From: a virus
Lineage: Duplodnaviria; Caudoviricetes
Length of the DNA stretch: 46,650 nt
Reading direction: 5' to 3' (one strand)
Virus record (IMG/VR): IMGVR_UViG_3300042814_000019
Location: 1-46,650 of that record
Of the stretch, positions 31,508 to 40,002 are shown piece by piece (the first letter of the stretch is position 1; each line of letters starts with the position of its first letter). The notes under the pieces are model-generated. The model made no database searches. It was not told the DNA's origin and saw nothing but the letters and a program-made list of their open reading frames with translations. A program made the translations under genes and the position numbers.

Positions 31508-33508
31508 ATGTCGCGAGCGGCAACCGGCCAAACGATCGACGTTCCTCCGCTCTCACTCCTCGCCCGTGCCAACGTTGAAACCGTGAACGAGGCGGATCGC
31601 TCCGTCGAGCTCACGTTCTCGACCGGCGCGCCAGTCGAGCGGTACGACTGGATGAAGGACACGCGGTATCTCGAGGCGCTCGAGATCTCGAAAAAGGCGA
31701 TCCGCGTCGGACGCCTGAACACGGCGCCGCTCCTCGACGCGCATTCCGCGTGGTCGATCACCGATCAGATCGGGACGGTCGTCGCCGGTTCATTCCGGAT
31801 CGACGGCACCGACGCGATCGTTCGCGTCCGGTTCTCCGCACGCGAGGCCGTCGCGGGGATCTGGCAGGACGTGAAGGATCGGATCATCCAGAACGTCAGC
31901 GTCGGATATCGCGTTCACAAATTCGAGGAGGACGCGACCGGCGCGATCCCCGTTCGTACGGCCGTCGATTGGGAACCGTACGAGGTGTCAATGGTCCCGA
32001 TGCCGGCCGACGTCGGCGCTCGCGTTCGCAATCACGAGATCGCGACGAATTCCTGTCTCATCATCCGCAAGGAGAGTACCGTGGCTGATCCCGCTCGCCC
32101 GTCCACCGTCGCCGAAGATCCCGCCGTCGTCGCGCTCCGTCTCACCGACGGCGCGCCTGGCGCCCGGCCCGCAGCGGCGCCCGCGGCGGAACCGACGGCC
32201 GCCGACGCCGCTCGCGCAAACGAAACCGCTCGCGTCCAGGGCATCATCACCGCCGCCCGCGGCGGGCGGATGCCGGCCACGTTCGCCGACGATCACATCG
32301 CGCGCGGGACGGCGCTCGAGGAGGTATCGCGGCTCGTGTTCGTCGAGCTCCAGGCGCGGAACGAGCAGACGCGCGGCCCGCAGCCCGGGCCCTCGATCGC
32401 GCTCGGCGAGGATCCGCTCGTTCACGTGCGAACGTCGATCATGGGCGCCCTCTGTCACCGCGTCGCGCCGTCGTTCTTCAAGCTCGAGGATCAGCACCGG
32501 CCGTACCGCGGCCTCACGCTCCTCGACACGGCGCGGGCGTATCTCCACGCCGCCGGCGTGCGAACGTCCGGCATGTCGAAGATGGAGCTCGCCGCGGCGG
32601 CGCTCGGACTCGATCAGCGTGGCGGCCACGGCTACCACACGACGAGCGATTTCGCGTTCCTCCTGGCCGACGTCGCGAACAAGACGATCCGCCGTGCCTA
32701 CGACGAGGCGCCGCAGACGTTCAAGACGATCGCGCGCCAGGTCAACCTCCCCGATTTCAAGCCGGTCTACCGTACGCAGATGGGAGACGCGCCGGCGTTG
32801 CTCGAGGTCAAGGAACACGGCGAATTCAAGCGGGGCACCATCGGCGAGGCGCGCGAGCAGTTTCAACTCGTGACGTACGGCCGCGTGTTCGCCATCACGC
32901 GCAAGGCGCTCGTGAACGACGACGCCGACGCGTTCGGGCGCGTCCCGACGATGTTCGGCCGTGCGGCGCGGACGCTCGAAAGCGATCTCGTGTGGGATCA
33001 GATCACGAGCAATCCCGTGATGGGCGACGGAAACGCCCTGTTCTCGGCGGCTCACCTGAACCTCGACGCGACCGGCGCGGAGATCGACGTCGATTCGCTC
33101 GGCGATGCGCGCGCGGCGATGCGCCAGCAGGTTTCGCTCGACGGCGAGCGGCTGAACATCGCGCCGAAGTACCTCCTCGTCGGGACCGCGCTCGAAACCC
33201 GCGGCGACTCGATCGTCGTCCCGATCACGCCGAACACGTTCACCCAGGTGAACCCGTTCTCCGGCAAGCTCACGGTCGTCGCGGAACCGCGGCTCGATGA
33301 GGAACCGCTCGCGTGGTACCTCGCCGCGGATCCCGCGCAGATCGACATCATCGAGTACGGGTTCCTCGAGGGCGAGGAAGGGCCGCAGATCGAGACGCGG
33401 ATCGGGTTCGACGTCGACGGCATCGAGATCAAGTGTCGCGAGGATTTCGCGGCCAAGGTGCTCGACTGGCGCGGACTCTACAAGAACGTCGGTCACGAAC
33501 ACTCGTAG
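31508..33508 (+). CDS. Prohead protease-major capsid fusion protein
   Basis: PLLDAH, VSVGY, WEPYEVSMV..PAD (HK97-type protease); HTTSDF, DFKP, E.GEFK, TYGR.F.ITR.ALVNDD, DWRGLYK (capsid). Confidence 0.95.
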   Translation: MSRAATGQTIDVPPLSLLARANVETVNEADRSVELTFSTGAPVERYDWMKDTRYLEALEISKKAIRVGRLNTAPLLDAHSAWSITDQIGTVVAGSFRIDGTDAIVRVRFSAREAVAGIWQDVKDRIIQNVSVGYRVHKFEEDATGAIPVRTAVDWEPYEVSMVPMPADVGARVRNHEIATNSCLIIRKESTVADPARPSTVAEDPAVVALRLTDGAPGARPAAAPAAEPTAADAARANETARVQGIITAARGGRMPATFADDHIARGTALEEVSRLVFVELQARNEQTRGPQPGPSIALGEDPLVHVRTSIMGALCHRVAPSFFKLEDQHRPYRGLTLLDTARAYLHAAGVRTSGMSKMELAAAALGLDQRGGHGYHTTSDFAFLLADVANKTIRRAYDEAPQTFKTIARQVNLPDFKPVYRTQMGDAPALLEVKEHGEFKRGTIGEAREQFQLVTYGRVFAITRKALVNDDADAFGRVPTMFGRAARTLESDLVWDQITSNPVMGDGNALFSAAHLNLDATGAEIDVDSLGDARAAMRQQVSLDGERLNIAPKYLLVGTALETRGDSIVVPITPNTFTQVNPFSGKLTVVAEPRLDEEPLAWYLAADPAQIDIIEYGFLEGEEGPQIETRIGFDVDGIEIKCREDFAAKVLDWRGLYKNVGHEHS

Positions 33509-33516
33509 CCGGCGCG

Positions 33517-33552
33517 CGGCGTCGGCAGGACTCGCCGACGCCGTCGTTTTCT
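33517..33552 (+). terminator. Rho-independent terminator after capsid gene
   Basis: CGGCGTCGGC / GCCGACGCCG stem followed by TCGTTTTCT. Confidence 0.7.
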
Positions 33553-33586
33553 CTCTCGGTCGATCAAACGTTCAGGAGATCAGGCG

Positions 33587-33943
33587 ATGAAGAATTTCGT
33601 TCAGCCCGGGGAGTCGGTCGAATTCACGGCGCCGTCGGGCGGCGTGACGTCCGGCGTCGGCGTCCAGATCGGTCAGTTTTTCTGTATCGCGACGATCACG
33701 GCCGCGGTCGGCGTGCGGTTCAATGGCTTGTGCGAGGGCGTCGTGACGCACGCCAAGCCGGGATCGCAGGCCTGGGCGGAGGGCGCCGCGATCTTCTGGG
33801 ATGAGGGCGCGAAGCTCATGACGACCGTGTCGTCGGGCAACCTCCAGATCGGCGTCGCCACGGTCGCCGTCGGCGCGGGCGCCGGCGAAACGACCGGAAC
33901 CGTTCGGCTCGACGGCGTCGGCCGCGCGCACGACGGAACGTAA
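33587..33943 (+). CDS. DUF2190-family capsid cement/decoration protein
   Basis: MKNFVQPG...APSGGV.SG...W..G..IFWD...VRLDG. Confidence 0.85.
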   Translation: MKNFVQPGESVEFTAPSGGVTSGVGVQIGQFFCIATITAAVGVRFNGLCEGVVTHAKPGSQAWAEGAAIFWDEGAKLMTTVSSGNLQIGVATVAVGAGAGETTGTVRLDGVGRAHDGT

Positions 33944-33958
33944 TCGGGGGATCGCCCG

Positions 33959-34345
33959 ATGGATCTCTCGTCGCTCCGTGCGCTCGTTCGGAACCTGAAT
34001 TTCTCCGCGCACGGAGTCGACGCGACCATCGAGTCGGATCCGCCTGGCGTGTTCGACACCATCGCGACGCGCGGAATTTGGGTAACGCCCGACACGGAGA
34101 ACGTTCCGGGCGTCCTCGAGCTCCGCCGTCGCGAACGTTCGTACATCCTGGCCGTTCCGCTCCTCGACGTCCCGCACGGTTCGATCGTGCACGCGCCGGC
34201 CTCGCCAATGTGGGCAGATCTGATCGTCCCGCCGCCCTCGCCTGGCGAGGTGCTCCGATGGACGGTCGACGGGTTCGACGCCATCGAACCCGATCACACG
34301 CGGCTCCGGCTTGTCCTGGCGCCGCTCGAGGATGAGGAGACATGA
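33959..34345 (+). CDS. Putative head-tail joining protein
   Basis: Size and synteny only. Confidence 0.5.
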   Translation: MDLSSLRALVRNLNFSAHGVDATIESDPPGVFDTIATRGIWVTPDTENVPGVLELRRRERSYILAVPLLDVPHGSIVHAPASPMWADLIVPPPSPGEVLRWTVDGFDAIEPDHTRLRLVLAPLEDEET

Positions 34346-34818
34346 TCACGACGACGCGCCGACTCCTGATCCTCCTCCGCCTGGGTCAACTCCTGTCGGT
34401 CATCACGAAGGCGAACGGGTTCACCACGGATGCCGGCCTCAAGATCTACATCGGCGCCGCGCCGGAACTCTCGAGCGCGGATCCCGATGACGCGATCGCC
34501 ATCGTCCCGCGTGATGATCTCCCGACGGAATCCGGGTACCAGTGGACGAAACTCCCGGTCGAGATCCAGGCGATCGGGAAAGCCTCCGTCGAGGACGCAT
34601 GGACGGCGCTCGAGGTGCTCCTGGGCGCCGTGAAGATCGCCGTCGAGGTTCCGGATCGGACGCTCGGCTCGCTCCTCAAGGGCGACATGACGCGAGGCGC
34701 GACGCGGGTCGTCGAGCGCCCGCCAGGTTCCCCGACGATCGGCCTGGGCGTGATCTATGTCTGTTCGTACGTCGAGCCATGGGGCAACCCGACGATCGGC
34801 GTCGAGGAGGACACGTAA
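34342..34818 (+). CDS. Putative tail terminator
   Basis: L..IT.ANGF.TD.G N-terminus; synteny. Confidence 0.55.
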   Translation: MITTTRRLLILLRLGQLLSVITKANGFTTDAGLKIYIGAAPELSSADPDDAIAIVPRDDLPTESGYQWTKLPVEIQAIGKASVEDAWTALEVLLGAVKIAVEVPDRTLGSLLKGDMTRGATRVVERPPGSPTIGLGVIYVCSYVEPWGNPTIGVEEDT

Positions 34819-34819
34819 G

Positions 34820-35401
34820 GTGCTCGCGATCCAATTCCGCACCGACTCGCCCGCCGCCGTCGCGAAGCTCCGCGCGAAAGCGCCAGTCGCGATCGCCCGG
34901 GCGTTGAACCGCTCGATCGCGTCGGCGCAAACGGTCATGCTCCGCGTGATCTCGTCGGATCTGAAAGTGAAGATCGGGGATCTCCGCGACAAGGTCCGCA
35001 TACAGGAGGCGACGCCGTCGCTCCACCGCGCCAGGATCTACGCGAGCGCGAAGCGGATCCCGCTGATCGATTTCGGGGCGAAGGGACCGGAACCGTCACG
35101 AGGCCGCGGCCGCGGCGTGACGGCGAAACTCGGAGGCGGCCGCTCGCGGTACCCGAACGCGTTCATCGCGAAGATGAGCAGCGGACACCGCGGCGTGTTC
35201 ACCCGGGCGGCGAAGGGGAGCACGGAAACCCGCGGGCGGAAGCGGACGCCGATCCGCGAACTGTTCGGCCCGTCGATCGCGCACGTGTTCCAAAAGAACG
35301 AGGCCGTCGGCCTGGCTCGCGCTCAGGAGCAACTCGCGAAGAACCTGAAATCTGAATTCCGTTTCGTTCTCTCAATCGAGGGCACGGCGGCCGCCGCGTA
35401 G
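34820..35401 (+). CDS. gpZ-like minor tail/neck protein
   Basis: AIARALNR; AFIA.M.SGHRGVF.R; PI.ELFGPSI. Confidence 0.75.
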   Translation: MLAIQFRTDSPAAVAKLRAKAPVAIARALNRSIASAQTVMLRVISSDLKVKIGDLRDKVRIQEATPSLHRARIYASAKRIPLIDFGAKGPEPSRGRGRGVTAKLGGGRSRYPNAFIAKMSSGHRGVFTRAAKGSTETRGRKRTPIRELFGPSIAHVFQKNEAVGLARAQEQLAKNLKSEFRFVLSIEGTAAAA

Positions 35402-35426
35402 GCAATCAATTGGAGGAGCTCACGTC

Positions 35427-36035
35427 ATGAGGAATTCCGCACCGCTCGAGGTAATCGCCGCGCCGTTTACGATGTACGTCGCGCCCGTCGGGACCGCGTT
35501 CCCCGAAGTCGATCAGGATCCGGACTCGAGCGACTGGACACTGGTCGGATCGGCGGGTCCGCTGAACTACGACGAAGCGGGGATCAACGTCGAGCACTCG
35601 CAGTCGATGGCGTTCTGGCGCTCGCTCGGCGATGCCGGATCCCGTAAGGTGTTCCGGTCGAGCGAGGATCTCAAGATGGGTCTTTTGCTCGTCGACGTCA
35701 CGCCCGAACAGTACTCGTTCGCGCTCAACGGGAACACCGTCACGACGACGCCCGCCGGCGCCGGCGTCCCTGGCACGAAGAAGATCGGACTCTCGCGCGG
35801 GTTCGTCGTCGACACCCGCGCCGTGCTCCTCCGGGGCCCGTCGCCGGAGATGGAGGACGGCGTCATGCAGTACGAGTGTCCGCGCGCCGCGCAGACCGGC
35901 GAACCGAAGCCGGTTTACACGAAGGACAAGCCGGCGATGCTCGCGATCGAGTGGACCGCGCTCGTCGATCCCGGCGCCGCGGATCCGTCGGAGTACTTCG
36001 GTCGGATCGTCGTGCAGACCGCCGACGCGTCGTAA
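35427..36035 (+). CDS. Major tail tube protein
   Basis: YVAPVGT.FP...W..VG pattern; GGAGG RBS; synteny. Confidence 0.75.
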   Translation: MRNSAPLEVIAAPFTMYVAPVGTAFPEVDQDPDSSDWTLVGSAGPLNYDEAGINVEHSQSMAFWRSLGDAGSRKVFRSSEDLKMGLLLVDVTPEQYSFALNGNTVTTTPAGAGVPGTKKIGLSRGFVVDTRAVLLRGPSPEMEDGVMQYECPRAAQTGEPKPVYTKDKPAMLAIEWTALVDPGAADPSEYFGRIVVQTADAS

Positions 36036-36039
36036 CACC

Positions 36040-36267
36040 ATGGCGACGTCGGTACCGGAGCTCCTCGCGAAGATCTCCGCGGCCCGGGCCGACGTCGCTC
36101 GTCTCAAGGCAACGATCCGCACAACCCGCGAGGCCCTGGGCGCCGCGGCCGCAACGCTCACGGAGCTCGAGCGCGAGGCCGCTCGCCTGGGGATCGCCGT
36201 CATCAACCAATCGGAAGGCGTAGGAGGAATCCATGGCCGACAAGCAAATTCTCGATCTCACAACTGA
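36040..36267 (+). CDS. Small coiled-coil protein
   Basis: Heptad pattern; fills the gap between tail tube and chaperone. Confidence 0.55.
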   Translation: MATSVPELLAKISAARADVARLKATIRTTREALGAAAATLTELEREAARLGIAVINQSEGVGGIHGRQANSRSHN

Positions 36268-36688
36268 AACCGATCGTCCCGTCGTACGGATCGACGGCAT
36301 CGCGTACCCGCTCCGCACCGCGCGCGATCTTACCTTGCAGGATTTCAAAAGCCTCGAGCGACTCTCGATCCGGACGTCGGAACTGATGACGCGCGCCCGG
36401 TCGCTCACGAAGGATGAGAACCGCGAGCTCGCCGTCCGGCTCAAGGAAGTCGCGAAGATCGCGCTCGACGCGCCGCCCGCCGTCCTGGCGAAACTGTCGG
36501 ACGTGCAACGCGTGATGGTGTTCAAGGTTTTCACGGAGCTCTTGACGCCGACGCTGATCATGGCGGCGAGGGCGATCGCGACGGATCAGGCCGCGCTCCG
36601 CTCGAGTGGGACGAAGCAATCCCCCGGCTCCTACGCTTCTACGGCGGGACTCCTCAAACGTGGATCGCGCAAACGCCGACGGGGATAG
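36233..36688 (+). CDS. Tail assembly chaperone (gpG-like)
   Basis: AGGAGG RBS; lies between tail tube and tape measure. Confidence 0.75.
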   Translation: MADKQILDLTTETDRPVVRIDGIAYPLRTARDLTLQDFKSLERLSIRTSELMTRARSLTKDENRELAVRLKEVAKIALDAPPAVLAKLSDVQRVMVFKVFTELLTPTLIMAARAIATDQAALRSSGTKQSPGSYASTAGLLKRGSRKRRRG

Positions 36689-36942
36689 TCGAGGCGTGCC
36701 TTCGATGGCTCCCGCGGCTCCAGGCGGAGGAGGCGATCCTCGGATCGAAAGTGATCGCCGTGGGTACCGGCGCCCTGGCCAACCCGCGCGCGATCTCCGA
36801 CGAGTGGGAACGGATCCGGCGCGGGGATGCGGCGCCGGCGCCGGCGCAACCGGCGGGATCGCCGACACGTCAACCGCGGATGTTCTCCGATGAGGTGTTC
36901 GCGCGCCTCCCGGTTCGCCGCGTAGTCAAGCGGAAGGGGTAA
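36526..36942 (+). CDS. gpT-like -1 frameshift extension of the tail chaperone
   Basis: -1 frame is open past GGTTTTC (36526-36532) and reads WDEAIPRLLRFYGGTP..W...LPRLQAEE up to TAA 36942. Confidence 0.65.
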   Translation, partial: GFHGALDADADHGGEGDRDGSGRAPLEWDEAIPRLLRFYGGTPQTWIAQTPTGIVEACLRWLPRLQAEEAILGSKVIAVGTGALANPRAISDEWERIRRGDAAPAPAQPAGSPTRQPRMFSDEVFARLPVRRVVKRKG

Positions 36943-36946
36943 CGCC

Positions 36947-39900
36947 ATGGCAGACGCCGCCCTCGGGCGCGCCGTCCTCGAGCTCTCGACGGACGATAAG
37001 AAACTCGACGCCGGACTCGCGGACGTCCCGAAAAAAGTACAGAAGGTCGGCGAGTCCGTGAAGGGACTCGCCGGCCCGCTGTCCCAGGTGAACGGGCTCC
37101 TCGGGACGTTCGGCGTCGGTCTGTCCGTCGGCGCCGTCGTCGCGTTCGGCAAGTCGATCCTCGACATGGCCGATAACATCGTGAAGGTTCACGATCGAAC
37201 CGGCCTCGCGACCGATGACGTTCAGCGGCTCCAGTACATCGCGGAGCAATCCGGCAACTCCATAGACGATCTCGCCGGCTCGATCAGCAAGCTACAGGTC
37301 CGGCTCGCCGACGGCAAAGCGAAAGCGGGGATCGAGGCGCTCGGCCTCAACTTCAAAAAGATCCGCGACGAATCTCCGTACGACGCGCTCGCCGAAGTCG
37401 CCGACGCCATAGGGAAGATCGAGAACCCGACGCTCCGCGCGCAACGCGCGGTACAGGTGTTCGGCAAAGCCGGAACGGAAATCCTCCCGACGCTCGTTTC
37501 CAATTTCAAGGAACTCGGCGCCGCGGCGCCCGTGATGAGCGAGGAGACGGTCCTCGCGCTCGACTCCGCCGGCGATGCGATCGCCAGGTTCGGATCGACG
37601 CTCAAGGTGTGGGCCGCGGAGTCCTACAACTACGCCCGCGGGTTTTTCGACAAGCTCGTCGCGGAAGCGTACCGGATGGTGCAACGCCTGTACGAGAACG
37701 CCGCCGGCCTGGCGGCGCTCGCGGCGAAACTCCCCGGCGCGAGCAAGATCGGGATCGATCAGAAGCTCGTCGACTCGCTCAAGGAAAACGCGATCTGGTA
37801 CGGCAACGTCGCAAAGGGGATGGATCAGACGACGGTCGCCGCGAAGAAAACCGCGACGGCTGTCGGCGCGCTCCCGCCGATCCATGAGAAGGCAACCGGC
37901 GCCGCGAAAGCCCAGGCCGACGCGCTCGAGGACATCCGGCGCGCAGCGATCCCGCTCACCGCCGCCCAGGAGGCGACCGCCGTCGCAAACGAGAAGCTCG
38001 GGATCTCGGCGTCGACGACGGCGAAGGCGCTCGGGATCTCCGCGGAGGCCGTGCAGCGGTACCTCGACGGACTCAAAAACGGCGAGCAGATCGCGGAGGT
38101 GTGGGCCGACGCACACGCGAAGATGCTCGACGTATCGAAGAAATTCGTTACGGCCACCGTCGACAACTGGCAGGAGGGCCAGCGGAAGATCGCCGACGCG
38201 TCCTCGAAAGCGATTGTCGATCAGCTCCAGCAGGCCCAGTCGTACGAGCAGCGGCTCGCGGATCTCGGACGCTCCGGCGCCGAACTGCGGATCGTCACCA
38301 TCGAGCGCGAGCGGGACGCGGAGATCGACGCGCTCAACGCGGCGAGCGAGCAGCGCGGCCCGATCTACCAGCGGGATCTCGCGGCGATCAAGGCGTACTA
38401 CAAGAATCAACTCGACGTCGCGACGGGCACGTTCTCGACGATCGAGCAGCGGATGAGGGCCCAGGGCGTACTCACCCGCGAGGAGCTCGCCGCGAACGCC
38501 GACGCGGCGACTCGCGACTATGAGCAAATGCGCGACTCCGGTCTGTACTCCGCCGCGGAGATCCAGGCCGCTTTCGAGCGCATGAACGACGCGATTGAGA
38601 AGTCGAGCGGGAAGATCGTCAATTGGGGATCGGTGCTGTCCCAGGCCGCGGGGATCCTGGGGAACTCGTTCGGGTCCGGCGGCGCGATGGGCGCCGCGAT
38701 CTCCGGTCTGTCCTCGGTCAGCAAAGCGATCGACGTCGCCGCGGCCTCGACAAAGCAATGGGGCAACTCCGCCGGAGTCGCCGCTCCGCTGTTCTCGAGC
38801 AGCGCCACGGGCGCGCAAAAGGCGGCCGCCGCCGTCGCGACGGGCGCCACGGTCGCCGCCGGCGCGATGGACGTTTGGGCGGCGACGAGCGAGAAAACCG
38901 GGAAGGCCGTCGGCGCCCTACACGGCGCCGTCGCGGGCGCGAAAGCCGGCGCCGCATTCGGGCCCTACGGCGTGGCGATCGGCGCCGTGGCGGGCGCCCT
39001 GGTCGGTCTAATCCGGAACCTGAACGCCGGCCGCGATGCCGTCGTGAAATTCGCGCAGTCGTTCGACACGGCCGCCGCGGGTTCCGGGTTCGATGAGCTC
39101 CACGCGAAGCTCCTCAAGGTCGCGGGCGGCGAGCAGCTATGGATCGATCTCACGCAAAAGGTCGCGAAGGGCGACACGAAAGCGGCGGCCAAAGCCATCG
39201 AGGCGATCAACGCCGCCCTGGCCGATCAGGACAATTGGTTACAGCGGCTCCCGGGCGTGCTCGAGAAGTACGGGATCGCATGGACGGAGGCCGGAGTCGC
39301 CGTCAATCAGGCGCGCCTCGACGAAGTCGCGAAGCAACTGATCCAAGACTTCGCCGATCTCTCTCGCGCCGGCGTGTCGGTCGATGTCATCACGACGAAG
39401 ATGAGCGACAGCGTGAACGCGTACATTCAGGACGCGATCCGCACCGGCACGGAGATCCCGCCCGCGATGCGGCCGCTCCTCGAAAAGATGATCGAGCTCG
39501 GCACGCTCACCGACGAGAACGGGAACAAGATCACCGATCTCGAGGGCAGCGGGATCACGTTCGCGCAAACGATGACGGAGGGGTTCCAATCCGTCGTCTC
39601 GGCGATCAAGGAACTCACGCGCGCGCTCGGCGGCGTTCCCGCGGCGCTCGACAAGATCCCAGGCAAAAAGACAATCGAATTTGAGGGGCGTAAAACCGGC
39701 GACTGGCCCGACGGCACGGAGGGCGACAACTCCGGCGGCGAGGACTCCGCGGTTCCCCGCGTGCCGATGGCGAAGGGCGGATCCGGGCGCGTGCTCCGGC
39801 CGACGCTGTTCTACTCGAAAGGCGATGAGGATTTCGCGTTCTCCGGCGAGGGGCGCTCGTTCGGTCTGAACAAGCTCGCATCGCGGCCCATCGAGATCAC

Positions 39901-39994
39901 GAACGTTACCGAACTCGACGGGCGCGTCGTCGCGCGCAATCAGGTACGGCACCTGCCGAACGAACTCGAGCGGGTCGGAATCCGGAGTCGATAG
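36947..39994 (+). CDS. Tail tape measure protein
   Basis: 1015 aa, Ala-rich and helical, hydrophobic Gly/Ala segments, PMAKGG C-terminal motif; synteny. Confidence 0.92.
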   Translation: MADAALGRAVLELSTDDKKLDAGLADVPKKVQKVGESVKGLAGPLSQVNGLLGTFGVGLSVGAVVAFGKSILDMADNIVKVHDRTGLATDDVQRLQYIAEQSGNSIDDLAGSISKLQVRLADGKAKAGIEALGLNFKKIRDESPYDALAEVADAIGKIENPTLRAQRAVQVFGKAGTEILPTLVSNFKELGAAAPVMSEETVLALDSAGDAIARFGSTLKVWAAESYNYARGFFDKLVAEAYRMVQRLYENAAGLAALAAKLPGASKIGIDQKLVDSLKENAIWYGNVAKGMDQTTVAAKKTATAVGALPPIHEKATGAAKAQADALEDIRRAAIPLTAAQEATAVANEKLGISASTTAKALGISAEAVQRYLDGLKNGEQIAEVWADAHAKMLDVSKKFVTATVDNWQEGQRKIADASSKAIVDQLQQAQSYEQRLADLGRSGAELRIVTIERERDAEIDALNAASEQRGPIYQRDLAAIKAYYKNQLDVATGTFSTIEQRMRAQGVLTREELAANADAATRDYEQMRDSGLYSAAEIQAAFERMNDAIEKSSGKIVNWGSVLSQAAGILGNSFGSGGAMGAAISGLSSVSKAIDVAAASTKQWGNSAGVAAPLFSSSATGAQKAAAAVATGATVAAGAMDVWAATSEKTGKAVGALHGAVAGAKAGAAFGPYGVAIGAVAGALVGLIRNLNAGRDAVVKFAQSFDTAAAGSGFDELHAKLLKVAGGEQLWIDLTQKVAKGDTKAAAKAIEAINAALADQDNWLQRLPGVLEKYGIAWTEAGVAVNQARLDEVAKQLIQDFADLSRAGVSVDVITTKMSDSVNAYIQDAIRTGTEIPPAMRPLLEKMIELGTLTDENGNKITDLEGSGITFAQTMTEGFQSVVSAIKELTRALGGVPAALDKIPGKKTIEFEGRKTGDWPDGTEGDNSGGEDSAVPRVPMAKGGSGRVLRPTLFYSKGDEDFAFSGEGRSFGLNKLASRPIEITNVTELDGRVVARNQVRHLPNELERVGIRSR

Positions 39995-40002
39995 GATCAC
40001 CC

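Noticed and set aside
31190-34818. C-terminal Thr of portal and head-tail proteins as glycosylation acceptors
   Set aside because: The EDT/DET endings are explained by overlapping GAGG ribosome-binding sites of the next gene
39992-39997. TAGGAT as a leaderless -10 (also at 44847)
   Set aside because: Equally explained by a stop codon plus AGGA RBS
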